A program made the translations under genes and the position numbers. From assembly GCA_029858565.1 (NCBI GenBank), contig JAOUEV010000006.1, positions 46,963 to 110,962 of the forward strand: 64,000 nucleotides of DNA. Direction: 5' to 3'. The notes under the pieces were generated by a model that was given only the letters and a program-made list of their open reading frames with translations, was not told where the DNA came from and searched no databases. The DNA is from Nitrospirota bacterium. GTDB taxonomy: Bacteria > Nitrospirota > UBA9217. Below, piece by piece: positions 9,337 through 19,556 of this stretch. The first letter of the stretch is position 1. Every line of letters begins with the position of its first letter.

Positions 9337-9818
9337 ACCCCTGCAAGTGCGGTTTTCACAGCGATCCCCTGCATCAGTGTCTCTGCACGCCCCACCAGGT
9401 CCAGACCTACCGGTCCCGCGTATCCGGCCCTCTCATGGACCGGATCGATATTCATATCGAGGTGCCGGCGGTCAAGTTCCGCGAGATCGCAGATGATACT
9501 CCGACTGAACCGTCTGTTCATATCCGTGAACGTGTGACCCAGGCAAGAGAGATCCAGCAGGAGCGTTTCCGGAGTGACGGCATCTACGCCAACGCGCAGA
9601 TGAAGCCGCGGCACCTCAGGAAGTATTGCAAGATCGGCGAAGATTCCCAGCGACTTATGGAAGCTGCAATGAGCAAAATGGGCCTCTCCGCCCGCGCGTA
9701 CAACCGCATCCTCAAAGTCAGCCGCACCATCGCGGACCTGGACGCCAGCGAGAGTATTGCTACTCATCATATTTCTGAGGCGATTCAGTATCGGAGTTTG
9801 GATAGAAGAACGGTCTGA
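9336..9818 (+). pseudogene. comM: Displaced 3' half of comM (no start codon)
   Basis: Open frame NPCKCGFHSDPLHQCLCTPHQVQTYRSRVSGPLMDRIDIHIEVP...[13 protein letters not shown], paralogous to 419-901. Confidence 0.9.
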
Positions 9819-10071
9819 TTTTAAAAGGACTTTTCAGATTTCTCAGAAAAAAAGCTTGCCTGATAAAAACAAACTGCAATATTCGTATTTTTCTTGCAAC
9901 GAAGTTCAATTTACACTACTATTCTTGAAACCTACCCTTGGAGTGTCGTCCTATTTTCTCAAATCCTTGGTATCATTAAAATGGGCGCTAGGATAAAAAT
10001 GGCAGTTCGAAGCAGAAAAATGCCGTTATCTGCCAAAAGAAGCTGTGAACTTCCTGGGACAGCCGGAACGT

Positions 10072-13000
10072 ATGAAAAAAAAGCGAATAGTTATTGTGGA
10101 AGATGAAGCGCTGATTGCAATGGAATTGGAACGCCAGCTGGCCGGGCTTGGATACGAGGTGTGTGGTTCTGCAGTGACGGCAGATGGCGCAATAGGGCTC
10201 GTGGAAGCACGAGATCCTGATCTTGTTCTAATGGATATTCGCCTCCGGGGCGAAGGGGACGGAATCGAAGCAGCTGCGGAAATACGCAGGCGGTTCGATA
10301 TTCCCGTGATATTCCTGACGGCCTATGCCGATGACGGCACTATCTTTCGGGTACGGCAGGCCGCTCCTTTCGGATATATCCTAAAGCCCTATCGAGAAGA
10401 AGATCTGCGTCTGGCTATTGAAGTAGCCCTGGTCAAACATGACGGAGAACGGCAACTTCGGGCTCAGAATGAATCCCTGGAAGCCAGGGTGCGGGAACGC
10501 ACCGCTGAACTCGGCCGTGCTGTCGATGCACTGAAAGGGGAAATCGCGGAGCGGACACAGGCGGTCGAGCGTCTTCGGAAGAGCGAAGAGCGGTATCGTT
10601 TTCTTTTTGAGGCTATCCCGATAGCCGTGGGGATGGCCTCGCTCGACGGACAGGCGCTTTTGGCGAACAAAGCGTCGTTGGATCTCTACGGGATGTCCCG
10701 GGAAGACCAGCAAGGGATGAATCTTCGGGACCTCTATGCGAATTCCGCGGAGCGAAGTGAATTGATGCGGCAGCTCCAGGAATCAGGCCGTGTGCGTGAC
10801 CGCGAAGTGTCCCTGCAGCGAATGGATGGGGCAGGGATCACTGTTTTGCTGAACATGGACATCGTGGAAATGGACGGCCAGAAGGTGATCCTGACCACGC
10901 AACGCGACATCACCGAGCGCAGGAAGGCGGAGACGGCGCTGCGGGAGCGGGTGAAGGAACTGACCTGTCAGTACGCGGTCCGGCTCGATATGCAGAAGGA
11001 TTTGTCTGCTGACGAGTTTTGCACGCGGGTCGTTAACCACGTAGTCGCGGCCATGCAATTTCCGGAACTCTGCGCAGCGGAGCTCGAATTGGAGGGGCAG
11101 AGGTGTTTTGCCGGGCATCGCGCGGAACGGCAGTCACGCGAGTTGTATGGGGACATCAAGTCCGGGGACAAGGTCATCGGGCGATTGCGGGTTTGGTGCG
11201 TTGATGACAGGCCTTTTATGATGCCTGAAGAGCAGCACCTGATCAGCGCCGTAGCTGACATGGTCCGCCAGTGGCATGCATTCCAGAAGGCGCAAAAGGA
11301 GATTGAACACCTGGCCAGTTTTCCGACGCTCAATCCGAATCCCGTGCTTGAGATCGACGAGACAGGTCAGGTGGTGTTCCGCAATAACGCTGCTGCCGAA
11401 ATCCTCGCACAGGCCGGCTCGGCCGACCACCGGCTGTTCTTCCCGCAGGATATGCAGTCGCTCCTGGCTTCCCTGCCCAGGGAGCCGGTATGCCGGGAAG
11501 TCGCTTTTGGCGGACGCGTATTCCAGGAAACGATCCATGCGCTTCCCGAGTTGAACACCCTGCGCATTTACGCGGCTGATATCACCGAGCTCAAGCTGCT
11601 CGACGAAGCGCTCGCCAGGAGCAAGCGGGAGTTTGAATCCATATTTGCCTCGATGAACGATGCCGCGATCTTCGCGGACAGCAGGCGCCGGATCGTCAGG
11701 ATGAACCGGGCCGCGGAAGAGATGTTCGGCTGGAGGCATGAGGAGCTGGAGGGAAAAACCACGGAGTGCCTCTATGCGGAGCGGTCCGACTATGACGCGC
11801 TCGGCAGGAGTCGTTACAATGTCGCGGCCCGGCGCGATCGCGCTTTTTTCGAGATGCGCTACCGGCGAAAGGATGGGAGCGTTTTTCCGGCCGAATCTTT
11901 CGGCACGCAGGTGCCGGACGCGGACGGCGGAGTCATGGGCTTTCTGGGCATTCATCGCGATATCACGGCCCGCAAGGAGGCGGAAGAACAGCTGGCTCGT
12001 TACCAGGCGGAGCTCGAGGAAATGGTGAAGTCGCGTACCCGGGAACTGCAGGATACCGTCACACGGCTGCAGGAGGAGATCTCTCGTCGGGAAATAGTGA
12101 GCCGTGACCTCAATCGAAACAAGCTGTTTCTGACGAATATCCTGAACAGCATCCAGGACGGCATCTGCGTGTTCGACCGGGAACGGCGGATCATGCTCGT
12201 GAATAACACGATAGCGAAGTGGATTCCCGGGGTCGGTAGCCTGGGGTTCCGGACGCATACCTGTGCGGAGCTGTTCCACAGTTTCGGCCGCTGCGACGTG
12301 TGCGCCGCGGACTACTCAGAGGAATTCAGCGGAAAACGGAGCTTGATATTCGCGAGCGGCGACGAGAACGAGAAAAAATGGTTCGAGGTGCATACCTTTC
12401 CCCTGATAACGAACGACGACAAGCACGTCGGGCGGGTGGAATATTTCCGCGACATTACAGCGGCAAAAGACCTGGAGAGTAAGATTGCCGGTTACCAGGA
12501 GCAGCTGCGAGCCTTGAATTACGAAATGGCGGACGTCGTCAACCGGGAACAGCGCAGGATCGCTCAGGAACTGCACGATACCATCCCCCAGACGCTGCTG
12601 TTTTGCAGGATGCGGCTGGAGAGGATAGAAAAGCGCGACACAGCCGAAGGCCGGCGTTCCGGGCAGTCCTCCGATTTCCGGGAGATCTACCAGTTCCTGG
12701 ATGACGCCATCGAACAATCGCGCAACCTGATGTTTAAACTTGCCCCTCCCATGCTGTACGAACTGGGACTGGAGCCTGCGCTTCAGAGCCTTTTGGACCA
12801 GTTCGGCAGGGAACACCCTATAGCCTTCCGGTTCAAGGGAAGAGAGCTGAAAGCTCCCTTGCAAGGGGATGGCGCCGCCATGGTGTATGGTATGGTCCGT
12901 GAACTCCTGGTAAACTGCGTCAAACATTCTGAAGCAACGCATGTCGAGGTGGCCGTCAATCGCAGGGACGGCGGTCTTGTCGTCGCGGTCCGGGACAACG

Positions 13001-13170
13001 GCAAGGGCCGGGAAGCGGGGGCGCAGGCCGGAAATACCGAAAAGGGATTTGGGCTGTTCAGCATCCGGGAACGCGTGCGGTATCTGGACGGTGACTTCAC
13101 GATCGACACCGCTCCCGGCAAAGGTTTCTGCGCGACCATCAGGATCGCGCTGGAGAAACTGAGGAAGTGA
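10072..13170 (+). CDS. Hybrid sensor kinase: N-terminal receiver, multiple PAS domains, HisKA_3/HATPase (NarX-like)
   Basis: IVIVEDE..DLVLMDIRL receiver; PAS/PAC motifs (RDITERR, RDITARK); EQRRIAQELHD; VRDNGKG..GFGLFSIRERV. Confidence 0.92.
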   Translation: MKKKRIVIVEDEALIAMELERQLAGLGYEVCGSAVTADGAIGLVEARDPDLVLMDIRLRGEGDGIEAAAEIRRRFDIPVIFLTAYADDGTIFRVRQAAPFGYILKPYREEDLRLAIEVALVKHDGERQLRAQNESLEARVRERTAELGRAVDALKGEIAERTQAVERLRKSEERYRFLFEAIPIAVGMASLDGQALLANKASLDLYGMSREDQQGMNLRDLYANSAERSELMRQLQESGRVRDREVSLQRMDGAGITVLLNMDIVEMDGQKVILTTQRDITERRKAETALRERVKELTCQYAVRLDMQKDLSADEFCTRVVNHVVAAMQFPELCAAELELEGQRCFAGHRAERQSRELYGDIKSGDKVIGRLRVWCVDDRPFMMPEEQHLISAVADMVRQWHAFQKAQKEIEHLASFPTLNPNPVLEIDETGQVVFRNNAAAEILAQAGSADHRLFFPQDMQSLLASLPREPVCREVAFGGRVFQETIHALPELNTLRIYAADITELKLLDEALARSKREFESIFASMNDAAIFADSRRRIVRMNRAAEEMFGWRHEELEGKTTECLYAERSDYDALGRSRYNVAARRDRAFFEMRYRRKDGSVFPAESFGTQVPDADGGVMGFLGIHRDITARKEAEEQLARYQAELEEMVKSRTRELQDTVTRLQEEISRREIVSRDLNRNKLFLTNILNSIQDGICVFDRERRIMLVNNTIAKWIPGVGSLGFRTHTCAELFHSFGRCDVCAADYSEEFSGKRSLIFASGDENEKKWFEVHTFPLITNDDKHVGRVEYFRDITAAKDLESKIAGYQEQLRALNYEMADVVNREQRRIAQELHDTIPQTLLFCRMRLERIEKRDTAEGRRSGQSSDFREIYQFLDDAIEQSRNLMFKLAPPMLYELGLEPALQSLLDQFGREHPIAFRFKGRELKAPLQGDGAAMVYGMVRELLVNCVKHSEATHVEVAVNRRDGGLVVAVRDNGKGREAGAQAGNTEKGFGLFSIRERVRYLDGDFTIDTAPGKGFCATIRIALEKLRK

Positions 13171-13200
13171 TATAATTCACAGTGCGGAGGTAGGGTTGCC

Positions 13201-13851
13201 ATGATCGATCTTGTTATCGCCGATGACCATGCCATCTTCCGATACGGACTCAGGGCCTTGTTGTCCGATGAGCCGGATTTTCGGATCCTGTCCGAAGCGG
13301 ACAATGGAACGGCCGCGCTGGGTGAGATACGGGAGAAAAATCCCCAGATCGCCGTTTTGGATGTCTCCATGCCCGGCAAGAACGGCGTCGAAGTGCTCGC
13401 GGAGGTCTGTCGCGATAAATTGAAGACCCGGTGCATCCTCCTGACGGTCCACAACAATCCGGTGCTCGCCGCTACCGCGATCCGGAACGGAGCGGCAGGC
13501 TACCTGCTCAAGAACCAGACGTTTCGTGAGCTGCCCGACGCGCTCAGGGTCGTGGCAGCAGGAAAGAAATACTATTCCGCGGAATTGATACAGGCCCTGG
13601 CGCGCCAAAAAGAGCATCTCAATCTCGCCCGGCAGCTCACCCGGCGTGAGTATGAAGTCCTGGCGCTGATAGTTAAGGGGATGACAAACAACGAGATCGC
13701 GACGCAGCTCAAAATCAGCATCCGCACCGCGGAAACCCACAAGAGCCGTATCATGAATAAACTGGACATTCACACATCGGTAGCTCTGATTGCCTATGCG
13801 TTCCAGCATAAGCTGGTGAATGACAGCCAGGATATGCCGTCGTCCGAATAG
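13201..13851 (+). CDS. NarL/LuxR-family response regulator
   Basis: VIADDHAIFRYGL, LDVSMPG, LTRREYEVL..GMTNNEIATQLKIS.RTAETHKSRIMNKL. Confidence 0.95.
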   Translation: MIDLVIADDHAIFRYGLRALLSDEPDFRILSEADNGTAALGEIREKNPQIAVLDVSMPGKNGVEVLAEVCRDKLKTRCILLTVHNNPVLAATAIRNGAAGYLLKNQTFRELPDALRVVAAGKKYYSAELIQALARQKEHLNLARQLTRREYEVLALIVKGMTNNEIATQLKISIRTAETHKSRIMNKLDIHTSVALIAYAFQHKLVNDSQDMPSSE

Positions 13852-14602
13852 CTGATGCTGCGATTGAATATGCGGCCCGCGCCGGGCCATGGCTGAAGAT
13901 ATTTCTCCGCATTCCCCCTCCCGACCTTCTATTCCGATTAACCGCCTGCCTGCCCGGACCGTATGGCCGAGATGCGCTGATCCCGGTGTAAATTCATTTC
14001 AACGAATATTTGCCGCGTGCCATCCGAAGAAAAACAGGCAGTGTGCCGCTGGACTCGCCCAATGGCCTGCCGAACCGCTGCTATCCAAAAACAGCAGCGG
14101 TGATATTTTTGCGCGGTAAATGCAGAGATCTGAGGCCGTTCTCCAACTAGCTGCAATAACTTATTAAGACAATTCATGACTTACTGAAAAACCCCGGGAA
14201 GGGGCGCGCAAATCAGCCGGTGCGCCGGCGTTCCGTATTTGCTGAGTGTGGGTGCCGGGCCGCGGTTTGAACGCAGCGGCCCCGGATTCATCGCACCTTG
14301 TCCTTCGCATCTTTTCATAAGTGGAAGATCTGTGAGCCCCTGCCGCAAACCAAGGAGGAAGCGGAGGTATGGGAAAAGTTCAAGCCTGCCTGGGAAGCAT
14401 GGAAAATTTATCACCGAAGAACGTCGCTCTTGCCGAAGGCGGCAAAAAGGACGAAGGCTACGTTATTTTACTGATAAGACATACGGAACGAAGCCGATGC
14501 GGATGAGTGATATTTCTGATACGGTAACCCCATGACCATGAGTGTTGCGGGACAAAGCGATGCGAACAGGAAGCTCAGCCGCGCAGGCGCCAAGAAACGA
14601 AC

Positions 14603-14947
14603 ATGAGAAAACTGAACTGTTGGGAATTCAAAAAATGCGGCCGGGGGCCCAGTGAAGCGAGAGCGGGGCAGGTCCTCTGTCCGGCGGCGTCCATGGCGGC
14701 GCTGAACGGCGTGCACGGCGGGATGCAGGGTGGGCGGTCCTGCTGGATCGTCGAGGGGACGCTGTGCAGCGGCAAAAAGAGCAGGCCGTTCAAGGAGAGA
14801 TTCCATTCCTGTTCGTATTGCGACTTCTACCGGATGGTGATGCAGGAGGAGGGCGCCGCATTTGTCCTGTCGTCCGTCCTGCGCAGCCGGGTGGAGATAA
14901 GAACTGACGCCGAGCAGGACAAGTATTCCATGCGCATTGCAGCATGA
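14603..14947 (+). CDS. Two-CW domain Cys-rich protein
   Basis: NCWEFKKCGR..CPA..NGVHGG..GGRSCWIVEGTLC..CSYCDFY; paralog at 27430-27792. Confidence 0.85.
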   Translation: MRKLNCWEFKKCGRGPSEARAGQVLCPAASMAALNGVHGGMQGGRSCWIVEGTLCSGKKSRPFKERFHSCSYCDFYRMVMQEEGAAFVLSSVLRSRVEIRTDAEQDKYSMRIAA

Positions 14948-14973
14948 TCGAATTCCTGAAGAGGAGGCAAGCC

Positions 14974-15495
14974 ATGAGCACCGCAACCATAACCGGAATG
15001 ACGCAATATCTGACCTACACGCTGGCGGACGAGGTGTTCGCCCTGGACATCGGGAAAGTGCGCGAGGTCCTGGACTTCACCACGGTGACTAAAGTGCCGA
15101 ATATGCCGGATTTCATGCTCGGAGTGATCAACCTCCGGGGAAGCGTGGTGCCGGTGGTGGACCTGCGGACCCGGTTCCGCATGCCGCGGAACGAGCAGAC
15201 GGTGAATACGTGCATTATCATCACCGAGGTGCGGATCGACGGGGACACCACGGTGCTGGGCTGCCTGGCGGACTCGGTGCAGGAGGTGCTGGATTTGGAA
15301 GCGAACCAGGTCGAGCCGGCGCCGAAGATCGGGACCAAGCTGCGAAACGAGTTCATCCAGGGCATGGGGAAGCACGGCAACCGATTCATCATCATCCTGG
15401 ACATTGACAAGGTGTTTACCGTTGATGACGTGGCGCTTGTGGCGGAACTGGGCGCGGCGGCCGAGTGTCCCCTTGTCCACCATCAGGCTGCTTGA
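14974..15495 (+). CDS. cheW: Chemotaxis adaptor CheW
   Basis: QYLTYTL..KVREVL..VTKVPNMPDFMLGVINLRGSVVPVVDLR; AGGAGG RBS. Confidence 0.95.
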   Translation: MSTATITGMTQYLTYTLADEVFALDIGKVREVLDFTTVTKVPNMPDFMLGVINLRGSVVPVVDLRTRFRMPRNEQTVNTCIIITEVRIDGDTTVLGCLADSVQEVLDLEANQVEPAPKIGTKLRNEFIQGMGKHGNRFIIILDIDKVFTVDDVALVAELGAAAECPLVHHQAA

Positions 15496-15804
15496 AAAAG
15501 AACGCGCGCCGCCGCGGAGCCTAAACGGTGAATGGCCGGGTCTATCATTCAATTATCATCATTCACACCTGGCACCTCAACGCCCGGTTTTCCGGAGGCC
15601 CTCGGCGGCGCGCATGGACCGAGAACAAAAGCATCGAGGAGGGCTGCGATGATCAGATTGCAGGGAAGCCGGGCCGTTGACAGGCAGTTCCACAAGGACA
15701 GATATATACCGGTCAGGCGGCTGGCAACCTGGATGCAGGCCGCGCCTGCCGACACGCGCCCGGCGGGAAGGAGAAACCGCATACCCTGGAGCGAGGTAGT
15801 AAGA

Positions 15805-16200
15805 ATGAAGACCATATTGCTGATAGACAACAATGTAGAGCATCTTTTGCAGCACAGCGAGCTCCTGGGGCGGTCCGGCTACCGGATCGTGACCGCGCAG
15901 GACTCAAAAGCGGCGCTGTTCATCCTGGAAAGCGGCATGCTCCTTGACCTGATCGTGACCGAGTGCCAGATGCCGGACATGGGTGCCCAGGAGTTCCTGG
16001 CGGCGATCAGGAAAGAGGCGCCGTCGGTGCCGGTGGTCGTCGTGACCAGCTGCGACTCGGTGGAATCTTATCTGAACGCGGTCGGCATCGGCGTCTATGA
16101 ATATCTGAACAAGCCGTTGCTGCCGGGAGAGTTGAGCAGCATAATAAAGATGGTCGCCAGGGACCGCCGGTGCGGCAGTTTGCCGACCGGCTTGGCATGA
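15805..16200 (+). CDS. Single-domain pseudo-receiver (Glu at the phospho-Asp position)
   Basis: MKTILLIDNN..LDLIVTECQMPDMG..VVVVTS..YEYLNKP. Confidence 0.8.
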   Translation: MKTILLIDNNVEHLLQHSELLGRSGYRIVTAQDSKAALFILESGMLLDLIVTECQMPDMGAQEFLAAIRKEAPSVPVVVVTSCDSVESYLNAVGIGVYEYLNKPLLPGELSSIIKMVARDRRCGSLPTGLA

Positions 16201-16210
16201 GGAGGGATCA

Positions 16211-16960
16211 ATGAAGAGATTGCTGCAGGCAGTCTTCTGGCTGGTTCTTTACGCAGCCGCGGCCCATGCGACGCCGTCAACGCAGATCTGGATACCGTCC
16301 ACGGACGTACAGCCCTACATGAAGTGGCATTTCGGCTTCGACCAGTACATAAAGGCGCGCAAAATCGACGGAACAACGCGAGAGCCGAACGTTATCAACA
16401 ACGGCGTTACCGTCGGCGTGCTGCCCGGGGAAAAAATCCAGGCGGAAGTAGGCATCGACCAGCGGGCTTATGGCGTGGAGCCCGTGGATTCCGCGCCGGT
16501 CTACTTCAATGCCAAGATCGGCATGCCTGAGGACGCCCTGTTCAAGGGGGCGCCGGCGATCGCGCTCGGCGGCTATGACTTGGGCACGAAGAAATACAGC
16601 GCCGATGCGGGCTGGGGCACGGACTACAACGTCGTTTACGGCCTGATCGCGAGGACTTTCGGCAAGGTCGGCAGGTTTTCAGCAGGATACTACCAGGGCA
16701 GCGACAAACTGCTGCTGGACAAGAACGGTCAAAAAGACAATACAGGCGTTCTCGCTTCCTGGGACAGGACGATCTCGGAGGTCTCGGACAAACTCTGGGT
16801 TGCTGTCGATTACATGGGCGGCGAGAACGGCTACGGAGCTCTGTCCTGGGGAGCGGCATGGAAGTTCTCGCCGAACGTGGGCGTGATCTTCGGATACGAC
16901 AAGTACAACAACGCGAACTACAAGCCGACGTACACGATTCAGGTGGACATCGATCTCTGA
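16211..16960 (+). CDS. Exported, probable outer-membrane beta-barrel protein of unknown function
   Basis: Signal peptide AAAHA-TPSTQIWIPSTD; amphipathic beta strands; C-terminal YTIQVDIDL; GGAGG RBS. Confidence 0.7.
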   Translation: MKRLLQAVFWLVLYAAAAHATPSTQIWIPSTDVQPYMKWHFGFDQYIKARKIDGTTREPNVINNGVTVGVLPGEKIQAEVGIDQRAYGVEPVDSAPVYFNAKIGMPEDALFKGAPAIALGGYDLGTKKYSADAGWGTDYNVVYGLIARTFGKVGRFSAGYYQGSDKLLLDKNGQKDNTGVLASWDRTISEVSDKLWVAVDYMGGENGYGALSWGAAWKFSPNVGVIFGYDKYNNANYKPTYTIQVDIDL

Positions 16961-17061
16961 AGCAAAGACATGGCAAGTGTCTTAATACATGATTCGAGAC
17001 TGTTAATATTCCGCGATTTTCGATGTATTACGAGACTATTATCCGTACAGGAGGTGTCGTC

Positions 17062-18915
17062 ATGCAATGGTTCTACGATCTGAAAGTCGGGACGAAATTA
17101 TTGATGGGATTCATAACCGTAGCGCTTCTGGGAGGGCTGGTCGGGCTGATCGGCTACAACGGGATGAGAGAGATCAACTCGGACCTGGAGAACATCTCAA
17201 AGAACAGGCTGCCGAGCATCGACAGTCTCGGCATCATCAACGAGGCCCAGACCGCGGTGGACAGCGGCGAGAACGCGCTGCTGAGCCAGGCGACCACGGC
17301 GGAGATGCGCAAAGAAGCCTATGACCGGTTCGACGCCGCCGCGAAGCGCGTCAAGGAGGCGCGGGCAATCTACGACCCCCTGCCGCAGACCAAGGAAGAG
17401 GAGATGCTCTGGAGGAAGTTCGTGCCTGCCTGGGACGCCTGGTGGAAGGACCACGAGCGCTTCGTGGATCTGGCAAAGGCCTACTGGCAGAACCCCTCGG
17501 AAGAGGGCTATCGCCGCATGACCGACCAGGCCCTGGTGCAGAACGGCAAGACCTTCGAGGTTGCAGAGAAGCTGCTGAATGAAGTGATCGAGATCAACCG
17601 CAAGGAAGCGGAAAGGGCGCATGAGGAGGCGGCGGCGACCACGAGGAGTTCTGTCATGACGCTGGCGATCACTGCTGCCGCTGCCATGACGCTTGCGGTA
17701 GGGCTCGGCATATTCATTTCCCGCATCATCAAGCGCGCGGTGAACCAGGGCGCCGAGGTCGCCAAGGGGCTGGCCGTGGGCGACGTGACCATGTCTATTC
17801 AGGCGACGAGCAAGGACGAGACCGGCGCGCTGCTCGACTCCATGCGCGAGATGGTCGATTCCATGAAAGCGAAGAGCGCCATGGCCGAGAAGATCGCTGC
17901 AGGCGACCTGAACGTGAAGGTGAACGTGCTGTCGGACAAGGACCTGCTCGGGAAGTCTCTGTTGGCAATGGTCGAGAAGCTGCGCGCGGTGGTGGGAGAC
18001 GTGAAGAACGCGGCGGACAATGTTGCCAGCGGCAGTCAGCAGCTTTCCTCGGGCGCCGAGCAGATGTCCCAGGGCGCCACGGAGCAGGCGTCGTCCACCG
18101 AGGAAGCGTCGTCATCGGTCGAGGAAATGAACGCCACGATCCGCCAGAACGCGGACAATGCTGCTCAGACAGAGAAGATCGCGCGCAAGGCCGCGAACGA
18201 TGCACAGGAGAGCGGCAAGTCCGTGAGCGAGACGGTTACGGCCATGAAACAGATCGCCGAGAAGATCGGGATCATCGAGGAGATCGCGCGCCAGACGAAC
18301 CTGCTGGCCCTGAACGCGGCGATCGAAGCTGCCCGGGCAGGCGAGCACGGCAAGGGCTTTGCGGTGGTGGCGTCGGAAGTGCGGAAGCTTGCGGAGCGGA
18401 GCCAGACCGCGGCAGCCGAGATTACCCAGCTCTCGGGCACGAGCGTGGAAGTTGCGCAGCGGGCAGGCGAGATGCTGTCAAAGCTGGTGCCGGACATCCA
18501 GAAGACCGCGGAGCTGGTGCAGGAGATCAACGCCGCGTCCAAGGAACAGTCCTCCGGCGCGGACCAGATCAACGGCGCGATCCAGCAGCTGAACACGGTG
18601 GTGCAGCAGAACGCGGGCGCTGCGGAAGAAATGTCGTCGACCGCCGAGGAGCTGAGTTCCCAGGCCGAGCAGCTGCAGGAAACCATCGCGTTCTTCAAGA
18701 TCGACGGCGCGGAACGCACGGCAGCGAGGAAGGTGTCGGCCAGGAAGGCGAAGCAGGCCCAGATCGACCACAAGCTTCACGTTGCTCACCTGGCGCAGGC
18801 CGGAAAAGCGCAGAGGGCCGCCGACGCAGCGACGCAGGGCGCAGCGCTGCGGATGAAAGAGGACGAACAGGACAAGGGAGACGGCGGAGAGCAGGAGTTC
18901 CTGAAGGCCTCCTGA
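17062..18915 (+). CDS. Methyl-accepting chemotaxis protein (four-helix periplasmic sensor, HAMP)
   Basis: Two TM helices; [40 protein letters not shown]. Confidence 0.96.
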   Translation: MQWFYDLKVGTKLLMGFITVALLGGLVGLIGYNGMREINSDLENISKNRLPSIDSLGIINEAQTAVDSGENALLSQATTAEMRKEAYDRFDAAAKRVKEARAIYDPLPQTKEEEMLWRKFVPAWDAWWKDHERFVDLAKAYWQNPSEEGYRRMTDQALVQNGKTFEVAEKLLNEVIEINRKEAERAHEEAAATTRSSVMTLAITAAAAMTLAVGLGIFISRIIKRAVNQGAEVAKGLAVGDVTMSIQATSKDETGALLDSMREMVDSMKAKSAMAEKIAAGDLNVKVNVLSDKDLLGKSLLAMVEKLRAVVGDVKNAADNVASGSQQLSSGAEQMSQGATEQASSTEEASSSVEEMNATIRQNADNAAQTEKIARKAANDAQESGKSVSETVTAMKQIAEKIGIIEEIARQTNLLALNAAIEAARAGEHGKGFAVVASEVRKLAERSQTAAAEITQLSGTSVEVAQRAGEMLSKLVPDIQKTAELVQEINAASKEQSSGADQINGAIQQLNTVVQQNAGAAEEMSSTAEELSSQAEQLQETIAFFKIDGAERTAARKVSARKAKQAQIDHKLHVAHLAQAGKAQRAADAATQGAALRMKEDEQDKGDGGEQEFLKAS

Positions 18916-18970
18916 GCAGTAAGCGCAAGAAGTCAGGACCGGCTGCGGTAAGAATATTCAGGGGAGAAGC

Positions 18971-19450
18971 ATGAAAAGGCAAGTCGGGAAAAGAGACGGA
19001 AGGGACATACTGCTGATCGGCGACGCATATCCGGCAGGCGGCTCCGGCCGGGTATGCGTCGAGGAATGCGAAGGCTCGATCATCATCACGGCGCGAAGCG
19101 AACAGGATGCAAAGGACATCCTTCGCACGATCGCGGTGGACGCGATTTACCACTTCCCGCAGGAGTGCGTGCGGGAAGCGGCTGAGGCGTTCAGGTCCTA
19201 CGTGGAGAGGCGCTACTCCGCGATCCGGGTGGTGGATATGTGGACGATCCCGCCCGCGGGAGCGGGAAAAGAGCTGAATCATGTCCTGCCGCTGTCTCTG
19301 AACGAAGGCTTCGACTGCCGCACCGGGAAGCGCATTGCGTGGAAGGAGCCGGGCGAAAGCAAGGCGTCTCCGCCGGGCGTTCCGGCCGATGTCGCAGGCG
19401 ACGGACAAATACAATCGCATCGCGTGACCGGCGATGAGCGCGCGGCGTAG
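18971..19450 (+). CDS. Hypothetical protein, possibly a degenerate receiver-like fold
   Basis: GGGGAG RBS, operon position, RDILLIGD start. Confidence 0.5.
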   Translation: MKRQVGKRDGRDILLIGDAYPAGGSGRVCVEECEGSIIITARSEQDAKDILRTIAVDAIYHFPQECVREAAEAFRSYVERRYSAIRVVDMWTIPPAGAGKELNHVLPLSLNEGFDCRTGKRIAWKEPGESKASPPGVPADVAGDGQIQSHRVTGDERAA

Positions 19451-19556
19451 GAGGCGGCGGCCGGGTTCAATGGTAATTTCAGGAACTGCTCCGCGTCCCC
19501 GGTGTTTTCCGTGGCGAAAGATCTTGATGCTGAAAAGACCGCTTTCAGGAGGATCT

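Larger units (their letters stand above)
419..9350. mobile_element. Integrase-less genomic island inserted in comM, carrying an Rhs toxin/immunity cargo and an XRE regulator
   Basis: Bounded by direct repeats AACCCCTGTAAGTGC (419-433) and AACCCCTGCAAGTGC (9336-9350); a second comM 3' half starts exactly at the right repeat; interior is visibly AT-richer than the flanks. Confidence 0.8.

Noticed and set aside
13852-14602. Possible c-di-GMP riboswitch or sigma28/sigma54 promoter upstream of cluster A
   Set aside because: GCAAACC is present but the rest of the riboswitch consensus is not; promoter-like motifs have the wrong spacing
15532-15804. Long N-terminal extensions given by the ORF track (also 19502, 30796-31422, 34792, 58838)
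   Set aside because: Downstream starts fit RBS positions and domain boundaries better, although ATG 15649 also has an RBS and cannot be excluded
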